NCBI GenBank assembly: GCA_964515755.1
Contig: CAZEVK010000003.1
Location: 13,881-77,880 of the forward strand
Source of the DNA: an uncultured Rickettsia sp.
Lineage (GTDB): Bacteria > Pseudomonadota > Alphaproteobacteria > Rickettsiales > JABSSG01
Length of the DNA stretch: 64,000 nt
Direction: 5' to 3'
How positions within the stretch are numbered: position 1 is the stretch's first letter; every line of letters begins with the position of its first letter. This document shows positions 1 through 9,731 of this stretch, in pieces. Under the pieces are notes generated by a model. That model made no database searches. It was given only the letters and a program-made list of their open reading frames with translations, and had not been told where the DNA came from. Both the position numbers and the translations under genes were made by a program.

Positions 1-90
1 CAATCATTACTAATATTAAAAAATATTATAAAACATATTAGAATTAGTAAAATCAAACTAGTTTTGAAAGAAATAAATGTTTTATTGCGG

Positions 91-1071
91 TTAAGAAATT
101 CTTTTAATTTGATAATCTAAAGTTTCCCTAAACATATTTCTTACTTTATTATCGGGTAATTTATCAAGAATTTGGTGGCAGTTACTACTAAATTCTGATG
201 CCAGATTTGTCACTATAGTTTCGGTTTTATATTTGCTCATTAACTGTTTGAATAGATTAAAATCTTCTTTTGTTCTTTGTGGTAAGTTGAATATTTTAAT
301 GATTTGCTCTTTTTCTTCATTAGTAGCTTTTTCGTAAGTAACTATTGCAGGTAGCGTAACTTTTCCTTCATAAAAATCATCGCCAATGTTTTTTCCTAAT
401 TTTTCAATATTGGCATTATAATCTAATATATCATCTATAATTTGAAAAGCTATACCTATATTTGTGCCCAGGTCATACATTAATTGCCATGTTTCTTCAG
501 TTTGTTCAGCAATAATTGCTCCTGCTTTACAAGCTGCTGCAAATAATTCAGCAGTTTTAGCACTAATTATTTTTATATATTGTTCTTTTGATAATTCAAT
601 ATTATTAATTACATTAAGTTGCATCACCTCACCCTCAGCTATTATCACGGCAGCTTTAGATAAAACTTCTAATACAGGTAAAGAATTGGTATTAACCATC
701 ATCACAAATGCCTGACTGAATAGAAAATCACCTACCAATATGCTTAATTTGTTTCCCCATTTCTGATGTGTAGTTAAATTTCCTCTTCTTAAATTACTTT
801 CATCTACAACGTCATCATGAAGTAATGTTGCTGAATGAATAAATTCGACAGCGGTAGCAATCTTTATGTGATTATTGCCATTGTAGTCAAATAATTTTGC
901 ACTCATGATAGTAAGTATTGGTCGAAGTCTTTTACCACCAGCTTCAAGAAGATAATCAGATATTAATTTTATAATATTATCTCTAGTAGAGATAGATAGC
1001 TTTATGGTTTGGTCTACTTGTAATAAATCATTACTGAAGTAATCATAAATATATTTTATAGAGCTTTGCAC
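91..1071 (-). CDS. ispB: long-chain (octaprenyl-type) polyprenyl diphosphate synthase
   Basis: 326-aa ORF. GGKRLRP motif and both Asp-rich trans-prenyltransferase motifs are readable (LLHDDVVDES, IIDDILDY). Confidence 0.9.
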   Translation of the reverse strand: MQSSIKYIYDYFSNDLLQVDQTIKLSISTRDNIIKLISDYLLEAGGKRLRPILTIMSAKLFDYNGNNHIKIATAVEFIHSATLLHDDVVDESNLRRGNLTTHQKWGNKLSILVGDFLFSQAFVMMVNTNSLPVLEVLSKAAVIIAEGEVMQLNVINNIELSKEQYIKIISAKTAELFAAACKAGAIIAEQTEETWQLMYDLGTNIGIAFQIIDDILDYNANIEKLGKNIGDDFYEGKVTLPAIVTYEKATNEEKEQIIKIFNLPQRTKEDFNLFKQLMSKYKTETIVTNLASEFSSNCHQILDKLPDNKVRNMFRETLDYQIKRIS

Positions 1072-1077
1072 TTTAAT

Positions 1078-1923
1078 TTATCTTTTGTATAAAAATATAT
1101 CCACTCTTCTACTATGTGGATTGTTAATAATTGTATCTATATTAATCAAATTATCTTTTTCTCCGAATGCTTTTGTTGTAATACGATCATTAGAGATAAC
1201 TCCGCTATTAATTAAAATATTTCTTACAGAATCAATTCTACGTTGAGATAATTTTTTATTTGATTTTCTCTCGCCGACCATATCAGTATAGCCATATAAT
1301 ACAATATTCATATCTGTCTTTACCTTTCTTAATTCAGAAATTAATTTTTGCATAGATGTTATTGAAGAATCTTCAACAGTTGCACTAGCATGCTTAAAAT
1401 ATATTGAATGTATATTATCTGCATATTTTACAAATTCTTTTTCAGCATCAATGCGAAAAATTAAAGTTTTTATACTGTGATAAAAATTTGACTTACAATA
1501 ATTGATATCATTGGTTAACCATTTTTGATTGTTTGCGGTTTGTTCTACCCAGCAATCATAGAAAAATTGAGCTTCGGCAGTGTTTTTAGGGTTTGCCCAA
1601 ATGGTTTCTACTTTTTTTTCAAGTAGACTCATTAATACTAATCTGGCTCTAGCAAGTTCAGGAATTGAACTTTGAGGAAGTATCCATGTAGATAAATTTT
1701 CTGGATCCACATTTTGATCTTTTTTTATCTGAGCTGCTTTATCACTAAAAAGTTTCCAACTTTTCCAATCATATGCCTCTTTTGATTTTTTAGCATAATT
1801 ACTGTAGTTATTAGCTAGATCAATTTGAAATTGATTTGGTTGGGTTGTATTATTATTTTTATAATGTGTACAACCTTGTATTAGGATTAACAAAAAACAA
1901 AAGAAAAATTTTTTTAGGTACAT
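1078..1923 (-). CDS. OmpA-family outer-membrane lipoprotein (peptidoglycan-associated)
   Basis: 281-aa ORF. Signal peptide with lipobox (LILIQGC). C-terminal OmpA-like domain (VLYGYTDMVGERKSNKKLSQRRIDSVRNIL...RRVDIF). Confidence 0.8.
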   Translation of the reverse strand: MYLKKFFFCFLLILIQGCTHYKNNNTTQPNQFQIDLANNYSNYAKKSKEAYDWKSWKLFSDKAAQIKKDQNVDPENLSTWILPQSSIPELARARLVLMSLLEKKVETIWANPKNTAEAQFFYDCWVEQTANNQKWLTNDINYCKSNFYHSIKTLIFRIDAEKEFVKYADNIHSIYFKHASATVEDSSITSMQKLISELRKVKTDMNIVLYGYTDMVGERKSNKKLSQRRIDSVRNILINSGVISNDRITTKAFGEKDNLINIDTIINNPHSRRVDIFLYKR

Positions 1924-1973
1924 TTGGTTCCTTGACTTATGTTATATAAATAAGTTAACTCACATTGTATGAT

Positions 1974-2618
1974 ATGCTGAGAAATTTTATTAATCAACTT
2001 TTAAAAGTCTTAATTATAGTGGCAAATTTTTCTATTGAAGATCAATATAATAATTATGTTTTAGTCGGGCTTGACGAGGTTGGTCGAGGAGCTTGGGCTG
2101 GTCCGATAGTAGTAGGGGCTGTAATAATTAATAGAAATTTTGATTGTACAAAAATACATGACTCTAAGACATTGTCTAAACTAAATTTGCGTAAATTTAG
2201 CGAAGAGATACTTGCTAGACATATTTGTAGTATAGGTGTATCTGATGTAGAAGAAATAAATCAATCTAATATTAATTATGCAACTGCTGCTGCTATGTTA
2301 AGAGCAATAGATGGATTGCCTGTAAAGCCAAACATGGCGTTGGTTGATGGCAATATAAAATTAGGAGGAAATATTAAAACTCTTAATGTTATTAAAGGAG
2401 ATAGTATTAGTGTTTCAATAGCTGCTGCTTCAATTATAGCAAAGGTTTATAGAGATAACTATATGACTCAGCTAGCAATAGAATTCCCTAATTATTTATG
2501 GTCAAAAAATGTTGGATATGGTACTCAAAAACATCTGGAAGGAATAATTAGTAGTGGAGTTTCAAATCATCATCGAGTAAATTATAAACCTATAAAGAAA
2601 ATTCTTTTTCAATCTTAA
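1974..2618 (+). CDS. rnhB: ribonuclease HII
   Basis: GLDEVGRGAWAGPIVVGAV catalytic N-terminal motif, then DSKTLS and SIAAASIIAKV. Start is uncertain (TTG 1965, ATG 1974 or GTG 2019). Confidence 0.87.
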   Translation: MLRNFINQLLKVLIIVANFSIEDQYNNYVLVGLDEVGRGAWAGPIVVGAVIINRNFDCTKIHDSKTLSKLNLRKFSEEILARHICSIGVSDVEEINQSNINYATAAAMLRAIDGLPVKPNMALVDGNIKLGGNIKTLNVIKGDSISVSIAAASIIAKVYRDNYMTQLAIEFPNYLWSKNVGYGTQKHLEGIISSGVSNHHRVNYKPIKKILFQS

Positions 2619-2632
2619 AATTTGGTAAAAAA

Positions 2633-4084
2633 ATGACTGAAAACACAAAAATTACAGTATCTTACGGTGATGGCATTGGTCCTGAAATAATGGAAGCGAC
2701 TTTGAGAATATTAAAAGATGCTGGGGCCAAAATATATATTGAAACTGTTGAGGTTGGTGCTGAGGTTTACAAAAGGGATAATACAACTGGAATATCAACT
2801 TCTGCTTGGGACTCTATTAAAACAACTAAAGTTATGCTTAAAAGTCCAATTACAACTCCTCAAGGAGGAGGTTACAAAAGTTTGAATGTTACTTTTAGAA
2901 AAACTCTAGGATTATATGTTAATCTTCGCCCTTGTATTGCATATGCGCCATATATTTCAACACAACATCCAAATTTGGATATTGTTATTGTTAGGGAGAA
3001 CGAAGAAGATTTATATGCTGGCATTGAATATAGGCAAACGCACAATATGTATAAGTCTTTGAAGCTTGTTACACGAACTGGTTGTGAAAAAATAATACGT
3101 TATGCATTTGAATATGCATTAAAAAATAATCGTAAGAAAGTAACTTGCTTTTCTAAAGATAATATTATGAAATTTACTGATGGAGTATTTCATAAAGTTT
3201 TTGATGAAGTAAGACAAGAATATTCAACTTTAGAAAGCGATCATTATATAGTGGATATTGGTTCAGCAAAGCTTGCTAGTAAGCCAGAGATTTTTGACGT
3301 GATAGTAACATCTAATTTATATGGAGATATTATTTCTGATATTATTGCAGAAACTTCTGGATCTGTTGGTTTAGCTGGATCTGCAAATATTGGAAATGGT
3401 TATGCAATGTTTGAAGCTGTACATGGTTCTGCTCCTGATATTGCTGGTAAGGATATAGCTAATCCATCTGGTATACTAAATGCTTCTATAATGATGTTAT
3501 TACATATTGGTCAACCAAAAATAGCTGCTCTAATACAAAATGCCTGGCTAAAGACCTTAGAAGATGGAGTTCATACAGCTGATATTTATAATGAAAAAAT
3601 TAGTACTAAAAAAGTTGGAACTAAAGAATTTGCTAGTGAAGTTATTAAAAGACTTGGCCAAAAACCAATAAAAATTAAAGAAAATTCTTATGCTGAAGTA
3701 AAGGAAAAAGTAGTCGAGTATCAACCCACCATTAATATGAAAGAGAAGAAGTTTTTGGTTGGCGTTGATGTTTATCTTGATTGGCAAGGTGATGATATTA
3801 ATTCTTTAGCAAAGCAAATTAAAAATATAGCTGATGGTGAGCTTAAATTACAAATGATTTCTTCAAAAGGTTTAAAAATTTGGCCAGTTAATATTACGAA
3901 TAAAATTGATGGTGATTATTTTAGTTTAAGATTTGTACCTGATAATCATGAGAAAATTACCACTCACCAAGAAGTGGTTTACTTGCTAAATAAGATGTTA
4001 GCTATTGATTTAGACTTTGTCCAAATAGAGAATTTATATAGTTTTGATGACAAACTTGGGTTTTCGTTATCTCAAGGTGAATAA
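2633..4084 (+). CDS. icd: isocitrate dehydrogenase, alphaproteobacterial 480-aa type
   Basis: 483 aa. Isocitrate/isopropylmalate dehydrogenase motifs (GDGIGPEI, NLRPC, VIVRENEEDLYAG, SNLYGDIISD, HGSAPDIAGKDIANP) plus a ~135-aa C-terminal extension, as I remember for Rickettsia Icd. Confidence 0.9.
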   Translation: MTENTKITVSYGDGIGPEIMEATLRILKDAGAKIYIETVEVGAEVYKRDNTTGISTSAWDSIKTTKVMLKSPITTPQGGGYKSLNVTFRKTLGLYVNLRPCIAYAPYISTQHPNLDIVIVRENEEDLYAGIEYRQTHNMYKSLKLVTRTGCEKIIRYAFEYALKNNRKKVTCFSKDNIMKFTDGVFHKVFDEVRQEYSTLESDHYIVDIGSAKLASKPEIFDVIVTSNLYGDIISDIIAETSGSVGLAGSANIGNGYAMFEAVHGSAPDIAGKDIANPSGILNASIMMLLHIGQPKIAALIQNAWLKTLEDGVHTADIYNEKISTKKVGTKEFASEVIKRLGQKPIKIKENSYAEVKEKVVEYQPTINMKEKKFLVGVDVYLDWQGDDINSLAKQIKNIADGELKLQMISSKGLKIWPVNITNKIDGDYFSLRFVPDNHEKITTHQEVVYLLNKMLAIDLDFVQIENLYSFDDKLGFSLSQGE

Positions 4085-4097
4085 ATTTATTTATTCA
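4078..4097. terminator. possible bidirectional hairpin formed by the convergent icd and topA 3' ends
   Basis: TGAATAAAT-TT-ATTTATTCA is a 9-bp inverted repeat containing both stop codons. It is almost pure A/T with a very short loop, so it is weak. Confidence 0.25.
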
Positions 4098-6597
4098 AAT
4101 GTTTAGTAACTAGCTCTTGAGCCTGTTCAGGGGTTATTTCCATTGGATCCAGATTCTTAGGAGCGCTAATATTAGTTTTGCCATATTTTATATATGGCCC
4201 ATATCTTCCTTTGTACACAACAATTTCGGTGCCTTTAAAATCGCCTAAAGATTTTAAAGCAGAGCTTCCGGTAGACTTTTTATCTTGGCTAAGTATTAAT
4301 TCAGCGGCAATTGTATCAATTGTGAATACATCTTCTTGATTTACTAAAGAAGCATATTTTCCATCATGATTGACGAATGCACCAAATTTTCCAATTCCTG
4401 CAGTAATTATTTTACTTGTGACTGAATGTTTACCAACATTGCGCGGTAAGGATAATAAGTCTAAAGCTACTTTCAAATCTAAGTTATCTATATTAATGAA
4501 TTTTGGAATAGATGAGCGTTTTGGCTTATTCTTTTTATCGCCATCTTGTCCTAGTTGAATGTAAAAGCCATAAGGCCCTTTTTTTAGCAATATCTCTATG
4601 CCATCAGCATTTTTACCAATCTCTATATTTTCAACATGATTTTCTATATATCTATTGTTTTGATCTTCCTCTGAATTTGCAATATATATTTTATGCGTAT
4701 ATTTACACTCAGGATAATTTGAGCATCCAACGAAAGGACCAAACTTACCAATTTTTAAACCTAGAACACCATTTGCACAAGATGGACATTTTTTTGGGTC
4801 AACGTCGCTATCTGCATTTTTAGGAAAAATATGTTCTGCAACTAATGGTTCTAGCTCATTGATTACATGAGTGATATCATGTTTTTGAACTTCTTCTATG
4901 TTATGATTAAAATTTGACCAGAATTCTTGTAGCAATTTTTTCCATTGTATTTGTCCATCAGAAACTTTATCTAGCTTTTCTTCTAAATCAGCAGTGAAGC
5001 CATATTCAACGTATTTTTTAAAAAATATAATTAAGAATGCTGTAACTAAGCGGCCACGTTCTTCAGGTAAGAAGCGTTTTTTATCTAATATAACATAATT
5101 ACGTTCCTGCAATACAGAAATTATAGAAGCATAAGTAGATGGTCTACCTATACCAAGTTCTTCCAGTTTTTTTACTAAACTAGCTTCACTATATCTTGGC
5201 GGAGGCTCTGTAGCATGCTGGCTTGATAACACTTCATTTAATGAAAGTTTTTCGCCTTCGCTTAATGGTGGTAGAGCAAGATTTTCTTCTTCTTCTGAGT
5301 CATCAAGATTTTCTTTGTATAAGCGATAAAAGCCATCAAAAACCATGGTAGAACCAGTTGCACGTAAAACAGCATAATTATCATTTGTAACGATATTAGC
5401 ACCTACAAGATCAATTAAAGCATTTTCCATTTGGCAAGCTACTGTTCTTTTCCAAATTAACTCATAAAGGCGCTGTTGATCAGATTCTAAATATTGGGCA
5501 GTAACTTTTGGAATTAAATTGATATTGGTTGGTCTAATAGCTTCATGCGCTTCTTGAGCATTTTTTGCCTTAGTCTTATAAATTCTGATACTTTCTGGCA
5601 AATATTGTTTACCAAATTCTTTTTCAATAAATTCCCTGGTACTTGTAACTGAGTCTGCAGATAATTGCGTACCATCTGTACGCATATATGTAATTAAACC
5701 TATACTTTCTCCATCTATAGATACACCTTCGTACAATTTTTGTGCAACCTGCATTGTTTTTTTTGCACTAAAGCCAAGCTTACGTGAAGCTTCTTGTTGT
5801 AAAGACGATGTAATAAAAGGAGGATATGGGTTACGTTTTTGCTGTTTTTTTTCAATATCATTTACAGTATATTGCTTTTCTTTTAGCTGGCTGACTACCT
5901 TATTAACTTCATCTTGATTAGCAAAATGAAATTTTTCTAATTTTTTAGAATGAAGATGAGTAAGTGTTGCCCAAAATTGATTTTTAATTGTATTAGAGAA
6001 ATTGCATTTTACTTTCCAATAATCTTGACTAGTAAATCTATCAATCTCATCTTCTCGTTCGCAGATCAATCTTAAAGCTACTGATTGCACGCGACCAGCA
6101 GACTTACTTCCTGGTAGTTTACGCCACAAAACTGGAGAAAGGTTAAAGCCTACCAGATAATCTAATGCTCTTCTAGCTTGTTGTGCATTGACTAAATCAG
6201 TATCGATATCTCGTGGATGTTCAATTGCTTCTTGTACAGATTTTTTAGTAATTTCGTGGAAAACAATTCTTTTGATTTCCGTATTATTGATTAATGCTTT
6301 TTTTGCTTTTAATACTTCAACTATATGCCAAGCGATTGCTTCTCCTTCTCTATCTGGGTCACTTGCAAGGTAGATTTTTTTTGCGTTTTTAGCAGCACTA
6401 ACTATTTCTTTTACATGTTTAATAGCTTTATCATTTATTTCATAGTCCATAGCAAAATCTTCCTCTGGTCGTACAGAACCATTACGTGAGGGTAAATCTC
6501 TAATATGGCCAAAAGATGAGATAACCTTATAGCCAGATCCTAGGTATTTATTTATTGTTTTTGCTTTAGTTGGTGACTCAACTATGACTAAATTCAT
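4087..6597 (-). CDS. topA: DNA topoisomerase I
   Basis: 836 aa. Toprim N-terminus (MNLVIVESPTKAKTI), active-site region (ITYMRTDG) and C-terminal Cys4 zinc-ribbon repeats (CPSC...C..C). Confidence 0.95.
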   Translation of the reverse strand: MNLVIVESPTKAKTINKYLGSGYKVISSFGHIRDLPSRNGSVRPEEDFAMDYEINDKAIKHVKEIVSAAKNAKKIYLASDPDREGEAIAWHIVEVLKAKKALINNTEIKRIVFHEITKKSVQEAIEHPRDIDTDLVNAQQARRALDYLVGFNLSPVLWRKLPGSKSAGRVQSVALRLICEREDEIDRFTSQDYWKVKCNFSNTIKNQFWATLTHLHSKKLEKFHFANQDEVNKVVSQLKEKQYTVNDIEKKQQKRNPYPPFITSSLQQEASRKLGFSAKKTMQVAQKLYEGVSIDGESIGLITYMRTDGTQLSADSVTSTREFIEKEFGKQYLPESIRIYKTKAKNAQEAHEAIRPTNINLIPKVTAQYLESDQQRLYELIWKRTVACQMENALIDLVGANIVTNDNYAVLRATGSTMVFDGFYRLYKENLDDSEEEENLALPPLSEGEKLSLNEVLSSQHATEPPPRYSEASLVKKLEELGIGRPSTYASIISVLQERNYVILDKKRFLPEERGRLVTAFLIIFFKKYVEYGFTADLEEKLDKVSDGQIQWKKLLQEFWSNFNHNIEEVQKHDITHVINELEPLVAEHIFPKNADSDVDPKKCPSCANGVLGLKIGKFGPFVGCSNYPECKYTHKIYIANSEEDQNNRYIENHVENIEIGKNADGIEILLKKGPYGFYIQLGQDGDKKNKPKRSSIPKFINIDNLDLKVALDLLSLPRNVGKHSVTSKIITAGIGKFGAFVNHDGKYASLVNQEDVFTIDTIAAELILSQDKKSTGSSALKSLGDFKGTEIVVYKGRYGPYIKYGKTNISAPKNLDPMEITPEQAQELVTKHLNK

Positions 6598-6600
6598 TTA

Positions 6601-7728
6601 TTAACTCATTAAAGTTATAGTGTTATGGTTACCTTTAATTATTTTTCCTTTTAATTCAAGCTCTAGTATAGCTATTTGAATAACATCGACAGATAAATTA
6701 TGCCTAATTATCAAATCTTCTATTACAGTAGGTGAAAAGCCTATGCTTGATAAGATTAAATCCTGTATATGATCAATATCTTGTTTGACTTCGCATGATT
6801 CTTTCGGTAAATCTTTATCATGTGTCTCTATATTTAGCAAATCTAATTGCTTAGTTCTATTATATTTTAAATGTTCAAAAATATCTTCTGCTGATTCAAT
6901 TAAAATTGCTCCTTCTTTAAGCAAGTGATTAGTACCACTATAACGATAATCTAGAGGAAATTCGGGAACAGCAAAAACATTTCTTCCTTGTTCTGCAGCA
7001 AACCTAGCGGTAATTAAAGATCCTGATTTAAGGTTTGCTTCCATTATTAAGGTGCCCATACATAATACTGATATAATACGATTGCGCTGGGGAAAGCTTT
7101 TAGCACTTGGCCTTATACCGTAAGGATTTTCTGCGATTAATAGTCCTTTTTCTGCTATTTCTTCAAATAATTTTTTGTTTTCTAAGGGGTAAATATTATC
7201 TATGCCTCCTGCAATAACAGCTATAGTACCGTTTATCACGCTACTTTTATGGGCGGCAGTGTTAATGCCTCTAGCTAAACCAGAAACTATGACTAAACCT
7301 GCTTGAGATAGCTCTTTAGCTATTTTGTGAATAAAGTTTAAACCATTTGTTGATGCATTGCGTGAACCAACTATTGCTATTGTATCTTGCTGAATCAATT
7401 CTTTTTTTTCAAGTATTGCTAAAAGTGGTGGGGGGTTTGATACAAGTTTAAGTAGATAGGGATAATCTTGCTCTTTGTAATGTAAAAATTGTGTGCCAAG
7501 CTTTTCTACTTGCTCTACTTCTCTTTGTATACCATCATTAGAAGCTAGTGTTATATTTTTGGTTTTTAAATTTATTGATGATAGCTCAGAAATTCTTTTA
7601 ATGGCAGTTACTGCAGAGCCATAATATTTAACAAAATTGTAGAAGGTTCTAATACCAATATTATTAGAACGAATTAACCTTAAACTTGGCAGCTTTTCTT
7701 CATTAGTAATTTTACTTTGATTACTCAT
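6601..7728 (-). CDS. dprA: DNA-processing protein DprA (Smf)
   Basis: 375 aa. Rossmann-like DprA core (IAIVGSRNAS, VSGLARGINTAAH, FPQRNRIIS). Confidence 0.9.
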   Translation of the reverse strand: MSNQSKITNEEKLPSLRLIRSNNIGIRTFYNFVKYYGSAVTAIKRISELSSINLKTKNITLASNDGIQREVEQVEKLGTQFLHYKEQDYPYLLKLVSNPPPLLAILEKKELIQQDTIAIVGSRNASTNGLNFIHKIAKELSQAGLVIVSGLARGINTAAHKSSVINGTIAVIAGGIDNIYPLENKKLFEEIAEKGLLIAENPYGIRPSAKSFPQRNRIISVLCMGTLIMEANLKSGSLITARFAAEQGRNVFAVPEFPLDYRYSGTNHLLKEGAILIESAEDIFEHLKYNRTKQLDLLNIETHDKDLPKESCEVKQDIDHIQDLILSSIGFSPTVIEDLIIRHNLSVDVIQIAILELELKGKIIKGNHNTITLMS

Positions 7729-7754
7729 ATATCTATTTCTAGATATAGATTTAA

Positions 7755-8357
7755 TTAAAGCTTTTCTGCATGTGTGTTAAGGTAATCTGCAACGCCCTCA
7801 GCACTTGGCTTCATACCATCTTGACCTTTTTGCCATCCAGCAGGGCATACTTCACCATGCTTTTCGAAGAAAATCAAAGCATCAACCATGCGAAGGGTAT
7901 CATCAATGTTACGTCCTAGAGGTAAATCGTTTACTAGCTGGTGGCGCACTATGCTGTTTCCATCTATTAAAAAGGTTCCTCGTAATGCAATTGCTTCTTC
8001 AACCAACACATCATAACTACGTGCGATACTCTTCGTTAAATCTGAAACTAATGGAAATTTAATTTGTCCAATACCACCTTTATTAATATGAGTATTTTTC
8101 CATGCAATATGACTAAAATGAGAATCTATGCTTATGCCAATTACTTTTGCTCCACGTGAAGCAAACTCTGTCAAGCGATTATTAAATGCGATAATTTCTG
8201 AAGGACAGACAAAAGTGAAGTCTAATGGGTAAAAAAACAATACTCCAATATTTCCATTTAGATATTGATGTAAAGAGAATTTATCCATAACCTCGTTATC
8301 TGGCATTACGGCTTTAGCAGTGAAATCTGGTGCTATTTTTCCAACAAGAACTGTCAT
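7755..8357 (-). CDS. typical 2-Cys peroxiredoxin (AhpC/Tsa family)
   Basis: 200 aa. Peroxidatic Cys motif FYPLDFTFVCPSEI and resolving Cys motif GEVCPAGW. Confidence 0.9.
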   Translation of the reverse strand: MTVLVGKIAPDFTAKAVMPDNEVMDKFSLHQYLNGNIGVLFFYPLDFTFVCPSEIIAFNNRLTEFASRGAKVIGISIDSHFSHIAWKNTHINKGGIGQIKFPLVSDLTKSIARSYDVLVEEAIALRGTFLIDGNSIVRHQLVNDLPLGRNIDDTLRMVDALIFFEKHGEVCPAGWQKGQDGMKPSAEGVADYLNTHAEKL

Positions 8358-8502
8358 ATAAAACTCCTAGTTACATTTGTTAAGTATATTTATCCTTAAA
8401 ATAAGCTTATTTTAAATTAAGCGCAAGTGTTTTAATTTATTCTAATTATTTCAATTTTACATACTATTATTGCTAATTTTGGTCAGCTATTTGTAAAACA
8501 GT

Positions 8503-8532
8503 TTGACATCCAGGTTATCTATAAGCTATAAA
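8503..8532 (+). promoter_or_regulatory. sigma70-type promoter for the tRNA(CAU) gene
   Basis: TTGACA (8503-8508), 18-nt spacer, TATAAA (8527-8532), ending 10 nt upstream of the tRNA 5' end. AT-rich background lowers specificity. Confidence 0.45.
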
Positions 8533-8542
8533 AATGGTAAGT

Positions 8543-8620
8543 GGCGAGGTAGCTCAGCTTGGTTAGAGCAGCGGAATCATAATCCGTTTGTCGGGGGTTC
8601 AAATCCCTCCCTCGCTACCA
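8543..8620 (+). tRNA. tRNA with CAU anticodon (elongator Met, or Ile2 if lysidinylated); encoded CCA
   Basis: Hand-folded cloverleaf: acceptor GGCGAGG/CCTCGCT, D arm GCTC/GAGC, anticodon stem GCGGA/TCCGT with loop AT-CAT-AA, T arm GGGGG-TTCAAAT-CCCTC, then ACCA. It lacks the three G:C pairs of the initiator anticodon stem. Confidence 0.9.
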
Positions 8621-8656
8621 GTGTCTTACGTATTGTAATGTCGAGCTGGTTTATTT

Positions 8657-9436
8657 ATGAAAAAAAAGAAATTGCCTCTGTCAGTATTTATTATCACTAA
8701 AAATGAAGAAGAAAGAATTAGCTATGCTTTAGAAAGTGTAAAGGATATTGCTGAGGAAATTATTGTAATTGATAGTGGCAGTGAAGATAAAACTCTTGAT
8801 ATAGCTAAAAAATTTGGTGCACAAACTTTTTATAAAAAGTGGGAAGGGTATGGATTACAGAAAAAGTATGGTGAGAGTTTATGTAAGAATGACTGGATTT
8901 TGAATTTAGATGCTGACGAGGCTTTAAGTGTTCCTTTAAAGCAAGAAATAATCAGCCTTTTTACGAGCAGAAAAATTAGTAAATATTCAGGTTATATATT
9001 AGACATAAAGCTTATTTTAAAAAAAGAATCCGAGTTATCTTTTTTTTCTATTAATACTTTAGCAATTAGACTATACAATAAGAAATATGCCTCTTTTTCA
9101 GAGAGTACAGTACATGATTCAGTTATTGTAAAAGTTGGTAATGTACGTAGACTTAAAGGGAAAGTTTTTCATCGTTCTTTTAAATCGCTCGATCATGAAT
9201 TAGATAAAATTAGTTTTTACACGTCAATGCAAGCGAAAGATTTATATAAAAAAGGAAAAAGACCAACTGCTTTAAGAATTATATTTGAGCCTTTTTTAGC
9301 TTTTATCAAAGCTTATTTTATAAGAAAGTGGTGCTTTTATGGTTTTGCAGGAGTAGAGCAAGCATATATATACGGATATTCCAAACTAATAAGATTAATA
9401 AAAGCAAGAAATTTATTTGAAGAAAAAAATAAATAG
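8657..9436 (+). CDS. family-2 glycosyltransferase, LPS-core WaaE/KdtX-like
   Basis: 259 aa. GT2 N-terminus (LSVFIITKNEEERI...IIVIDSGSEDKT), a DxD-like LDADE, and a C-terminal half resembling KdtX/WaaE as I recall it. Confidence 0.78.
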   Translation: MKKKKLPLSVFIITKNEEERISYALESVKDIAEEIIVIDSGSEDKTLDIAKKFGAQTFYKKWEGYGLQKKYGESLCKNDWILNLDADEALSVPLKQEIISLFTSRKISKYSGYILDIKLILKKESELSFFSINTLAIRLYNKKYASFSESTVHDSVIVKVGNVRRLKGKVFHRSFKSLDHELDKISFYTSMQAKDLYKKGKRPTALRIIFEPFLAFIKAYFIRKWCFYGFAGVEQAYIYGYSKLIRLIKARNLFEEKNK

Positions 9437-9449
9437 GGATGATTTAATT

Positions 9450-9731
9450 ATGAATGAAGAAAAGGAATCTAATGTCAGACGGTTTTATTCTATCTATATG
9501 ATTTTTATCGGCATTTTTGGTCAACTTGTTTTCTTTGCACAAGCATATAAAATTTTTACTACAAAACATGCTACAGACGTTTCTATAATTGGGTTTACTG
9601 CTGGTTTAGTTTCAGTAACTAGTTGGTTAATATACGGTATTTTACTAAAAGACAAGCCCCTTATTATTGCTAATGGTGTGGCGTGTTTAGGTGCTTTAGC
9701 TGCATTAGTTGGAATAATTATTTATGGCTAG
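9450..9731 (+). CDS. SemiSWEET / PQ-loop family small sugar transporter (3 TM)
   Basis: Three TM helices. Core ...FFAQAYKIFTTKHATDVSI...WLIYGILLKDKPLIIANGV aligns by eye with Bradyrhizobium/Leptospira SemiSWEETs (..APQFIKVLKTRSARDIS...WLIYGLL..D.PLI..N.V). ATG 9450 preferred over the TTG 9417 of the ORF track. Confidence 0.72.
   Translation: MNEEKESNVRRFYSIYMIFIGIFGQLVFFAQAYKIFTTKHATDVSIIGFTAGLVSVTSWLIYGILLKDKPLIIANGVACLGALAALVGIIIYG

Noticed and set aside
8503-8700. 65-aa ORF spanning the tRNA(CAU) gene.
   Set aside because: It is a translation of the tRNA itself and of the GT2 gene 5' region; the tRNA cloverleaf is unambiguous.
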